Shown in pieces: positions 56,007 to 64,000 of a DNA stretch of 64,000 nucleotides. Both the position numbers and the translations under genes were made by a program. The notes under the pieces are model-generated. The model was not told the origin of the DNA. It was given only the letters and a program-made list of their open reading frames with translations, and ran no database searches. Each line of letters starts with the position of its first letter. The first letter of the stretch is position 1. Origin of the DNA: an uncultured Actinomycetota bacterium (GTDB lineage Bacteria > Actinomycetota > Actinomycetes > Mycobacteriales > Pseudonocardiaceae); NCBI GenBank assembly GCA_963729115.1, contig CAVSMR010000003.1, positions 1,093,720 to 1,157,719 on the forward strand, read 5' to 3'.

Positions 56007-57431
56007 ATGACCAAGTTTTCGGCGGATTGGAGCAGGAGGAACTTCCTGCGCGGCGCCCTTGCCACCGGTGCCCTAGTGCTGCCGGGATCGAGTGCTCTGG
56101 TCGGCTGTGCCACCTCCGGTGGTGGCCAGGAGTCGACGGAGGGGGAGAAGACGGACCAGAACCCGCTCGGCGTCCCCACCGACTCCCCGCTCGAGGTCTA
56201 CATCTTCAACGGCGGCTTCGGCGACAAGTACGCCACCGACGTGCACGAGCCGATCTACCACGAGAAGTACCCGAAGGCCAAGATCAACCACAAGGCCGAG
56301 GTCGACATCGCGTCCGCCCTGCAGTCGCGCTTCGTCGGCGGCAACCCGCCGGACTTCGTCAACGACTCCGGCGACGGCCAGATCCCGCTGGGCCAGCTCG
56401 TCTCCGACAAGCAGCTCTACGACCTGACCGACCTGTTCGACGCGCCGAGCTGGGACGACCCGGACACGAAGGTCCGCGACACGCTCGTGCCGGGCGCGAT
56501 CGAGCAGGGCACGTTCGGCGACAAGCCCTACGTCATGAACATGGCGCTGACGGTCTTCGGCCTCTGGTACAACAAGGCGCTCTTCGACAAGAACGGCTGG
56601 GAGCCGCCCGAGACGTGGGACGACATGCTCACGCTCTGCGCGGAGATCAAGAAGGCCGGCATCGCGCCGTGGACCTACCCCGGCGTGCACGCCCGGTACA
56701 TGAGCTGGCCGCTGCTGTCGATGGCCGCCAAGCTCGGTGGCCCGGACGTGGTCAAGGCGATCGACAACCTCGAGGAAGGCGCCTGGCAGCACGAGGCGGT
56801 CAAGGAGTCGGCCAACGCGCTGGCGGGCCTGCGCACGAAGGGTTTCGTCCTGCCCGGCACCGACGGCATGGACCACATCCAGGCCCAGGGCCAGTGGTGC
56901 GCGGGCAAGGCCGCGTTCGTGCCGTGTGGCTCGTGGCTGGAGAACGAGCAGAAGGACGCGCCCAAGGCCGCCGGCTTCGAGTTCGCCGTGATGCCCGACC
57001 CGCTGCTGTCCAGCGACTCGAAGATGCCGCGGGAGACGATCTACGCCACGCCCGGCGAGCCCTACGTGGTGCCGGCGGCCGCGAAGAACCCGCGCGGCGG
57101 CCTGGAGTACATGCGGATCATGCTCTCCAAGGAGGGCGCGAAGGGCTTCACCGAGCAGGTCTCCAGCCTGACCGTGGTCAAGGGTGCCGCCGACGGCGTC
57201 AAGCTGCCGGCCGGCCTGACCTCCGGGCAGGAGGCGCTCAAGGCCGCCGGCGACAACGTGCTCAACTGGATGTGGAACACGTGGTACGGCGACATGTGGA
57301 ACCCCGGCATCAACTCGCAGATGCAGGACCTGCTCTCCGGTCGCAAGAACGTGGACCAGTTCGCCGAAGGCTGCGAGGCCGAGGCGAAGAAGGTCCGTGA
57401 CGACGACTCCGTCACGAAGTACACCCGCTGA
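56007..57431 (+). CDS. ngcE: GlcNAc/chitobiose ABC transporter substrate-binding lipoprotein
   Basis: Tat motif SRRNFL plus lipobox LVGC; NPLGV, FNGGFG, NPPD, CGSWLENE, KNPRGGLEYMRIMLS. Confidence 0.82.
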   Translation: MTKFSADWSRRNFLRGALATGALVLPGSSALVGCATSGGGQESTEGEKTDQNPLGVPTDSPLEVYIFNGGFGDKYATDVHEPIYHEKYPKAKINHKAEVDIASALQSRFVGGNPPDFVNDSGDGQIPLGQLVSDKQLYDLTDLFDAPSWDDPDTKVRDTLVPGAIEQGTFGDKPYVMNMALTVFGLWYNKALFDKNGWEPPETWDDMLTLCAEIKKAGIAPWTYPGVHARYMSWPLLSMAAKLGGPDVVKAIDNLEEGAWQHEAVKESANALAGLRTKGFVLPGTDGMDHIQAQGQWCAGKAAFVPCGSWLENEQKDAPKAAGFEFAVMPDPLLSSDSKMPRETIYATPGEPYVVPAAAKNPRGGLEYMRIMLSKEGAKGFTEQVSSLTVVKGAADGVKLPAGLTSGQEALKAAGDNVLNWMWNTWYGDMWNPGINSQMQDLLSGRKNVDQFAEGCEAEAKKVRDDDSVTKYTR

Positions 57432-57449
57432 TCCACCCCGGAGTGCTCG

Positions 57450-58448
57450 TTGTCGACCGACGTATCCATCCGTGACACCGCGCCGCGCCGGTCGGCTCGC
57501 CGGGTGACCTCGACGCCTGCGCCCGCCTTGCAGCAGGGGAAGGCCGCGTTCGTCGCGGCCTTCCTCCTGGTGCCGGTCGGGCTCTACGCGTTGTTCGTGG
57601 TCTCGCCCTACGCGCAGGCGATCTACATCTCGCTGACGGACTGGACCGGGCTCACCGCCGACCAGCAGTTCATCGGGTTCGACAACTACGTCCGCCTCTT
57701 CCACGACGAGCAGTTCTGGGTCGCGTTGCGCAACAACGGGATCCTGCTGCTCGTCGTGCCCGCGGTGACGGTCCTGCTCGGACTGTTCTTCGCCTCGATG
57801 CTCAACGTGGGCCGGCGCGGCAAGACCGGTATCGAGGGCGTGCGCGGTTCGGGCGTGTACAAGATCGTCTACTTCTTCCCGCAGGTGCTCTCGGTCGCGA
57901 TCGTCGGCGTGCTGTTCAAGTACGTCTTCGCGCCCTCGGAGTCGGGCGGCATCTTCAACGGCCTGCTGAACGCGGTCGGCCTCGACTCGCTGGCCCGGCC
58001 GTGGCTCGGCGACCCGGTGTTCGCGTTCTGGTGCGTCGTGGTCGTGATGATCTGGTCGTTCGTCGGGTTCTACGTGGTGCTGTTCTCCGCGGCGATGCAG
58101 TCGATCCCGAAGGAGATCTACGAGGCGGCCCTGCTCGACGGGTCCAACCGCTACACCACGTTCCGGCACGTGACGCTGCCGCTGGTGTGGGACACGGTGC
58201 AGGTCGGCTGGGTGTACCTGGCGATCCAGGCGATGGACGCCTTCGCGCTCGTGCACATCATGCTGGGTATCAGCGGCGGGCCCTCGCGGGCCGGGGACGT
58301 GCTGGGCGTGGCGCTGTACCGGGCCGCGTTCAACCGGTACCGGTTCGGCTACGCCTCCGCGATCGGCGTCGTGCTGCTGCTGTTGACGTTGCTGGTCGCG
58401 GTGCTGTTCATGCGAGCGGCCCGACGCGAGCGGGTGGAACTTTCATGA
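57450..58448 (+). CDS. ngcF: Carbohydrate ABC permease (NgcF-like)
   Basis: SLTDWTG, IGFDNY, YEAALLDGS (EAA motif), FGYASAIG. Confidence 0.82.
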   Translation: MSTDVSIRDTAPRRSARRVTSTPAPALQQGKAAFVAAFLLVPVGLYALFVVSPYAQAIYISLTDWTGLTADQQFIGFDNYVRLFHDEQFWVALRNNGILLLVVPAVTVLLGLFFASMLNVGRRGKTGIEGVRGSGVYKIVYFFPQVLSVAIVGVLFKYVFAPSESGGIFNGLLNAVGLDSLARPWLGDPVFAFWCVVVVMIWSFVGFYVVLFSAAMQSIPKEIYEAALLDGSNRYTTFRHVTLPLVWDTVQVGWVYLAIQAMDAFALVHIMLGISGGPSRAGDVLGVALYRAAFNRYRFGYASAIGVVLLLLTLLVAVLFMRAARRERVELS

Positions 58449-59386
58449 CCGGGAGTGGTCCAGTGACGACTGTCGAGGAGGCGCCCGCCGTTTCGGTGAC
58501 TCCGCCGCGGCGGCGCTCGCCGGGCGTTGGTGCCGGGCAGGGTGCGCTGAACCTGCTCAACGGGACGTTCCTGCTCATCTGGGGGCTCGTCACCACGCTG
58601 CCGCTGCTGTGGGCGGTCGTGTCGTCGTTCAAGACGAACACGGAGTTCCTGTCCGACCCGTGGGCGCTGCCCGGCGCGGCGCACATCGAGAACTTCGGGC
58701 GCGCGTGGACGGTCGCGAACATCGGGCAGTACTTCGTCAACAGCGTGATCGTCGTGGTCGTCTCGGTGCCGCTCACGATGCTGCTCGGCGCGATGGCCGC
58801 CTACGTCCTCGCCCGCTACGACTTCCCCGGCAACCGGATCGTCTACTTCGGCTTCGTCGCCGGCCTGATGTTCCCGGTGTTCCTCGCGCTGGTGCCGCTG
58901 TTCTTCGTCGTGCGCAACACGGCGAACTTCCCGCTGCTGGGCGAGGTGCTCGGGCTCAACAGCCACCTGTCGCTCTCGCTCGTGTACGTCGCGTTCTCGA
59001 TGCCGTTCACGGTGTTCTTCCTCACCGCGTTCTTCCGGACGCTGCCGAACTCGATCGCCGAGGCGGCGATCGTGGACGGTTGCTCCCATTTCGGACTGTT
59101 CTTCCGGGTCATGCTGCCGATGGCCAAGCCCGGCCTGATCAGCATCGGGCTGTTCAACGTGCTGGGGCACTGGAACCAGTACGTGCTGCCGGTGGTGCTG
59201 ATGAACCAGTCGGACAAGAGGGTGCTGGCGCAGGGACTCGCGTCGCTCGCCATCAGCCAGGGCTATCGCGGCGACTGGACGGCGTTGTTCGCGGGCCTGG
59301 TGATCGCGCTGCTGCCGGTGCTGATCGTGTACGTGCTGTTCCAGAAGCAGGTGCAGGCGGGTCTGACGGCGGGCGTGCTGAAGTAG
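58445..59386 (+). CDS. ngcG: Carbohydrate ABC permease (NgcG-like)
   Basis: SSFKTN, AYVLARYDFPG, EAAIVDG, WNQY; ATG 58445 overlaps the ngcF stop. Confidence 0.82.
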   Translation: MTGSGPVTTVEEAPAVSVTPPRRRSPGVGAGQGALNLLNGTFLLIWGLVTTLPLLWAVVSSFKTNTEFLSDPWALPGAAHIENFGRAWTVANIGQYFVNSVIVVVVSVPLTMLLGAMAAYVLARYDFPGNRIVYFGFVAGLMFPVFLALVPLFFVVRNTANFPLLGEVLGLNSHLSLSLVYVAFSMPFTVFFLTAFFRTLPNSIAEAAIVDGCSHFGLFFRVMLPMAKPGLISIGLFNVLGHWNQYVLPVVLMNQSDKRVLAQGLASLAISQGYRGDWTALFAGLVIALLPVLIVYVLFQKQVQAGLTAGVLK

Positions 59387-59415
59387 CCGCCGGTGCTTGA
59401 TGCGAGGATGGCGAC

Positions 59416-60714
59416 GTGTCGAGCACCGTGATCGTGATCATCGTCGTCGTCGTGGTTCTGCTCGCGCTCGCGCTGGTCGCGGGCGTCACGCTGAGCCGGC
59501 GCCGGCGGATCAGCCTGACCGAGCGGGAGCGCGCGGCGGAGGCCGAGGGCAAGCCGCGCGGCGGCTACCAGGCCGGCGGGGGGATCAGCTTCGCGGCCGG
59601 CGGGCGGACCGCCGAGGAGGCACCGCCCGACGCGGGCGCCGCCGTCCCGGAGCAGGCCGAGGCGCCCGAGCCGGTCGCGGAGGAGCCCGAGAAGGACCCG
59701 GCCGCCGTGGTCCCGGCCGAACCCGCGCTCGTCGACGAGCTCGCGCCCACCGCGCCGCCCGAGCCGATCGAGGAGATCGAGCCGACCAGCGGCCGGCTGG
59801 AGCGGCTGCGCGAGCGGCTGGCGAAGTCGCGCTCGACGTTCGGCCAGGGCCTGCTGGGGCTGCTCGGCGCGGGTGACCTCGACGAGGACTCGTGGACCGA
59901 GATCGAGGACACGCTGCTGATGGCCGACCTCGGCGCGGCCACCACCGAGGAGGTCATCGGGAAGCTGCGGGCCGGGCTCGTCGCGCGCGGCGTGCGCAGC
60001 GCCGAGGACGCCCGCACGATGCTGCGCGACGTGCTCGTCGAGGCCCTGCACCCGGAGATGGACCGGGCCGTCCGCGCCCTCCCGCACGAGAGCAACGGAA
60101 CCAAGCTGCCCGGCGTCGTGCTGGTCACCGGTGTCAACGGCACCGGCAAGACCACCACCACCGGCAAGCTCGCCCGCGTGCTCGTCGCCGACGGTCGCAC
60201 GGTCGTGCTGGGCGCGGCGGACACCTTCCGCGCCGCCGCCACCGAGCAGCTCGCCACCTGGGCGCAGCGCGTGGGCGCGGAGGTCGTGCGCGGCAAGGAC
60301 GGCGCCGACCCGGCCGCGGTGGCGTTCGACTCGGTGCGGCGGGGCGTCGAGACGGGCGTGGACGCGGTCCTCGTCGACACGGCGGGCCGGCTGCACACGA
60401 AGACCGGCCTGATGGACGAGCTGGGCAAGGTCAAGCGGGTGGTCGAGAAGCAGACCAAGGTCGACGAGGTGCTGCTGGTGCTCGACGCCACGACCGGGCA
60501 GAACGGGCTCACGCAGGCGCGGGTGTTCGCCGAGGTCGTGGACATCACCGGCATCGTGCTCACCAAGCTCGACGGCACCGCGAAGGGCGGCATCGTGTTC
60601 CAGGTGCAGCGCGAGCTGGGCGTGCCGGTCAAGCTCGTCGGGCTCGGCGAGGGCGCCGACGACCTGGCGCCGTTCGAGCCGGGCGCGTTCGTCGACGCGC
60701 TGCTGGGGGTGTGA
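59416..60714 (+). CDS. ftsY: SRP receptor FtsY
   Basis: GVNGTGKTTT, DTFRAAA, DTAGRLH, TKLDGTAKGG; N-terminal TM and acidic linker. Confidence 0.97.
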   Translation: MSSTVIVIIVVVVVLLALALVAGVTLSRRRRISLTERERAAEAEGKPRGGYQAGGGISFAAGGRTAEEAPPDAGAAVPEQAEAPEPVAEEPEKDPAAVVPAEPALVDELAPTAPPEPIEEIEPTSGRLERLRERLAKSRSTFGQGLLGLLGAGDLDEDSWTEIEDTLLMADLGAATTEEVIGKLRAGLVARGVRSAEDARTMLRDVLVEALHPEMDRAVRALPHESNGTKLPGVVLVTGVNGTGKTTTTGKLARVLVADGRTVVLGAADTFRAAATEQLATWAQRVGAEVVRGKDGADPAAVAFDSVRRGVETGVDAVLVDTAGRLHTKTGLMDELGKVKRVVEKQTKVDEVLLVLDATTGQNGLTQARVFAEVVDITGIVLTKLDGTAKGGIVFQVQRELGVPVKLVGLGEGADDLAPFEPGAFVDALLGV

Positions 60715-60715
60715 G

Positions 60716-61291
60716 ATGGAGTTCCGCGACGTCGTCCGCAAGCGGCGGATGGTACGGAAGTTCGACCCGGACCGGCCGGTGCCCGCCGACGTGCTCGACC
60801 GGATCCTGCACAACGCCACCCGCGGCCCCTCGGCCGGCTTCTCCCAGGGCCAGGCGTTCCTGGTGCTGGAGGGCGAGGACCTGGCCAGGTTCTGGGCGAT
60901 GCGGCCGAAGGGCAACGACGTGAGCACCGCGCCGCTGCTGATCGTGCCGCTGTCGTGCAAGCGGGTGTACCTCGACCGCTACGCCGAGCCCGACAAGGGC
61001 TGGACGGACCGGGACGAGGCGCGCTGGCCGGTCCCGTTCTGGCACATCGACACGGGCATGGCGACCCTGCTCATCCTGCAGACGGCCGTCGACGAGGGGC
61101 TGGGCGCGCTGTACTTCGGGATCATGCCCGACGACGTCGGGAAGTTCCGCGACCTGTACGGCGTGCCCGACGACCACGAGCCGATCGGCGCCGTGGCCAT
61201 CGGCTACTCCGCCGAACCCGAGCAGTCCGGCTCCCCCCGGCGGCGCGGTCGCCGCGCGTACGAGGAGGTAGTGCACCGCGGCCGGTGGTGA
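60716..61291 (+). CDS. Nitroreductase-family protein
   Basis: RKRRMVRKF, PSAGFSQG, WHIDTGMA, AVDEGLG. Confidence 0.9.
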   Translation: MEFRDVVRKRRMVRKFDPDRPVPADVLDRILHNATRGPSAGFSQGQAFLVLEGEDLARFWAMRPKGNDVSTAPLLIVPLSCKRVYLDRYAEPDKGWTDRDEARWPVPFWHIDTGMATLLILQTAVDEGLGALYFGIMPDDVGKFRDLYGVPDDHEPIGAVAIGYSAEPEQSGSPRRRGRRAYEEVVHRGRW

Positions 61292-61330
61292 CCTGCCCGC
61301 GGACCGCCGGGTCGGCCGCACAATGGTGCC

Positions 61331-62293
61331 GTGCAGGGACATGATCTCGTTCCGCTGGGCCGCACCGGGGTGACGGTCAGCAGGCTGGGGCTGGGGCTGG
61401 CGTCGATCGGCGGGCTGTTCGCGCCCGTGCCCGAAAGGCAGGCGATCGCCACCGTCGACCACGCGTGGGAGCTCGGTGTCCGGCTGTACGACACCGCGCC
61501 CGTGTACGGGTACGGGCGTTCGGAGACCTACGCCGGGCGGTCGCTGGCCGCGCGCCCGCGTGCCGAGTTCGTGTTGTGCACCAAGGTGGGCCGGCTGATC
61601 GAACCCGGCGGCCCGGACACGCAGGAGATCTGGGCCGACCCGCCGGCCGGCGTCGGGCCCCGCCTGGACTACTCCTACCCGGCCGTCCGGCGCTCCGTCG
61701 AGGAGAGCCTCGAGCGGCTCGGCATGGACCGGGTCGACGTGCTCCACGTGCACGACCCGGAGCAGGACTTCGCCACCGCGGTCACCGGTGCCTACCGGGC
61801 GCTGGCGGAGCTGCGGACCGAGGGCACCATCGGGGCGGTGTCGATCGGGGTGAACCACGCCGATGTCGCCGTCCGGTTCCTCCGCGAAGCCCCCGCACCG
61901 GGGCCGGACTGCGTGCTGCTCGCCGGCCGGTACACGCTGCTCGACCAGTCCGGACTCGCCGAGCTCCTACCGTTGTGCCGCCGACGCGGGGTGTCGGTCA
62001 TCGCGGCCGGCGTGTACCAGGGCGGCCGGTTGACCGCGCCGGACGGCGCGATCGACTCGCGCGTCCTGGCCTGGCGCAGGCTCTGCGAGCGCCATGACGT
62101 GCCACTGCGGGCCGCGGCCGTGCAGTTCCCGTTCACCCACGGGGCCGTCGACGCGGCGGTCGTAGGTGCCCGCGAACCCCGGGAGATCGCCGACAGCATG
62201 AGGTGGCTGTCCCATCCGGTGCCACCGGCGCTGTGGCACGACGCGAGGAGAGCCGGTCTCGTGCCCGAAGACGTACCGGTGGCCGGCGGATAA
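61331..62293 (+). CDS. Aldo/keto reductase
   Basis: YDTAPVYG, TKVGR, SLERLGMDRVD..HDP. Confidence 0.9.
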   Translation: MQGHDLVPLGRTGVTVSRLGLGLASIGGLFAPVPERQAIATVDHAWELGVRLYDTAPVYGYGRSETYAGRSLAARPRAEFVLCTKVGRLIEPGGPDTQEIWADPPAGVGPRLDYSYPAVRRSVEESLERLGMDRVDVLHVHDPEQDFATAVTGAYRALAELRTEGTIGAVSIGVNHADVAVRFLREAPAPGPDCVLLAGRYTLLDQSGLAELLPLCRRRGVSVIAAGVYQGGRLTAPDGAIDSRVLAWRRLCERHDVPLRAAAVQFPFTHGAVDAAVVGAREPREIADSMRWLSHPVPPALWHDARRAGLVPEDVPVAGG

Positions 62294-62420
62294 CGGGTGC
62301 TCACCGCGACCACGAACCCGTCCCCGATGTCTCCACAATGGACAGTAGAGCCGCGCGCCGGGTCTGGTCGGCGAATCGCCCTCCGGGCGCTGGTCATGAG
62401 TGCCGCCTAGGCTGTAGGCC

Positions 62421-63998
62421 ATGGTCGACATCCAGGTACTCGGCGAGCAGGTCGAGCGAAGCGACGAGATCCTGACCCCGGCGGCGCTGGCGTTCCTCGC
62501 CGGCCTCCACACGCGGTTCGCGGACCGGCGGGACGAGCTCGTGGCCGCGCGGGCGAAGCGGCGGGCGGAGGCGTCCCGCACGGGCAAGCTGGACTTCCTT
62601 GACGAGACCCGCGAGGTGCGCGAGTCCGCCTGGCAGGTCGCCGGCGCGCCGGCGGACCTCGCCGACCGGCGGGTGGAGATCACCGGCCCGACCGAGCGCA
62701 AGATGGCGATCAACGCGCTCAACTCCGGCGCCAAGATCTGGCTCGCCGACCTCGAGGACGCCAACACTCCACACTGGACGAACGTGGTGTCCGGCCAGGT
62801 CAACCTGTACGACGCGGTCCGCAAGGCGATCGCGTTCACCTCGGCCGAGGGCAAGTCGTACGCGCTGCGTGACGACGTCGAGCACGCGGTCATCGTGATG
62901 CGGCCGCGCGGCTGGCACCTCGACGAGCGCCACCTGACCTTCGACGGCCGCCGCGCGGTCGGCGCGCTGGTCGACTTCGGCCTCTACTTCTTCCACAACG
63001 CCCAGGCCCTCCTCGAGCGCGGCAGCGGCCCGTACTGCTACCTCCCCAAGATCGAGAGCCACCTCGAGGCGCGCCTCTGGAACGACGTCTTCACCCACGC
63101 CCAGGAGGAGCTCGGCGTCCCACACGGCACCGTCCGCGCGACCGTGCTCATCGAGACGATCCCGGCCGCGTTCGAGATGGAGGAGATCCTCTACGAGCTG
63201 CGCGACCACGCCTCCGGCCTGAACGCCGGCCGCTGGGACTACCTGTTCAGCCTCATCAAGTACTTCCGGGACGCCGGCCCCGACTTCGTGCTGCCGGACC
63301 GCAACGACGTCACGATGACCGCGCCGTTCATGCGGGCCTACACCGAGCTGCTCGTGCGCACGTGCCACAAGCGCGGGGCGTTCGCGATGGGCGGGATGGC
63401 CGCGTTCATCCCGAACCGCCGGGACCCCGAGGTCACCGAGAAGGCGCTCGCCAAGGTGCACGACGACAAGCGCCGCGAGGCCGGTGACGGGTTCGACGGC
63501 TCGTGGGTCGCGCACCCCGACCTCGTGCCGATCTGCGACGAGGAGTTCACCGCCGTGCTCGGCGAGCGGCCCAACCAGCTCGACCGGCTGCGCGAGGACG
63601 TCTCGGTGACCGCGGCGCAGCTGCTCGACGTCAAGGCCACGCCGGGCGCGGCCACCGAGGCCGGCCTGCGCGCGGCGGTCGACGTCGGCGTCCGGTACCT
63701 CGCCTCGTGGCTGAGCGGCAACGGCGCGGCCGCGATCCACAACCTGATGGAGGACGCCGCGACCGCGGAGATCTCCCGCTCGCAGGTGTGGCAGTGGGTG
63801 CGCAACGGCGTCGTGCTCGACACCGGCGCCGAGGTGACCACCGAGCTCGTGCGCGGGGTGCTCGCGCAGACCCGCGCCGCGCTCGCCGACCAGCTGCCCG
63901 CGGAGTACCTCGAGCCGGCCGTCGAGCTGTTCGAGCAGGTGGCGCTGGCCGACGAGTTCCCCGACTTCCTGACCTTGCCCGCGTACGAGCGGATCTAG
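62421..63998 (+). CDS. aceB: Malate synthase A
   Basis: RRVEITGP, DLEDA, RPRGWHL, LNAGRWDYLFS, GFDGSWVAHP, MEDAATAEISR. Confidence 0.97.
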   Translation: MVDIQVLGEQVERSDEILTPAALAFLAGLHTRFADRRDELVAARAKRRAEASRTGKLDFLDETREVRESAWQVAGAPADLADRRVEITGPTERKMAINALNSGAKIWLADLEDANTPHWTNVVSGQVNLYDAVRKAIAFTSAEGKSYALRDDVEHAVIVMRPRGWHLDERHLTFDGRRAVGALVDFGLYFFHNAQALLERGSGPYCYLPKIESHLEARLWNDVFTHAQEELGVPHGTVRATVLIETIPAAFEMEEILYELRDHASGLNAGRWDYLFSLIKYFRDAGPDFVLPDRNDVTMTAPFMRAYTELLVRTCHKRGAFAMGGMAAFIPNRRDPEVTEKALAKVHDDKRREAGDGFDGSWVAHPDLVPICDEEFTAVLGERPNQLDRLREDVSVTAAQLLDVKATPGAATEAGLRAAVDVGVRYLASWLSGNGAAAIHNLMEDAATAEISRSQVWQWVRNGVVLDTGAEVTTELVRGVLAQTRAALADQLPAEYLEPAVELFEQVALADEFPDFLTLPAYERI

Positions 63999-64000
63999 CC

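Noticed and set aside
62332-62342. Dyad TCCA-CAA-TGGA upstream of aceB as an IclR/AllR operator
   Set aside because: Too short to distinguish from chance, and there is no IclR gene in the window.
62391-62404. TGGTCATGAGTGCC resembling the 5' end of SAM-IV riboswitches
   Set aside because: Only about 13 nt match, with no downstream riboswitch core before the aceB ATG 17 nt later, and aceB is not a sulfur gene.

Overview
A 64 kb chromosomal segment of a high-GC filamentous actinomycete; the gene order looks Pseudonocardiaceae-like (inference). The backbone is conserved actinobacterial housekeeping: acyltransferase-gpsA, ddl, thiL, ung, rpmB, DAK2, recG, pyc, rsmD, coaD, sepIVA-yceD-rpmF-rnc-mutM, acyP, smc, ftsY, aceB. 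Accessory genes sit in several gaps of that backbone. I saw no rRNA, tRNA, CRISPR array, transposase or prophage. The standout is a stand-alone 1229-aa six-domain multicopper oxidase (27098-30787) resembling the Bacillus spore manganese oxidase MnxG. It has no MnxE/F partners nearby, carries a His/Met-rich insert, and is preceded by a BldD-like box. Other notable items: a secreted tandem RNase Sa-type protein whose second domain has lost both catalytic residues; a FilP/DivIVA-like coiled-coil protein with 11- and 40-residue repeats; an unannotated Cys-containing leader peptide ahead of a frameshifted cysteine-dioxygenase-like gene; back-to-back PafBC-type promoters for dinB and recG; a SoxR/MerR-type promoter on an F420 enzyme; a degenerate subtilase; and an anmK-symporter/ngcEFG amino-sugar locus. 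All homology calls come from motif recognition and memory; no database searches were run.
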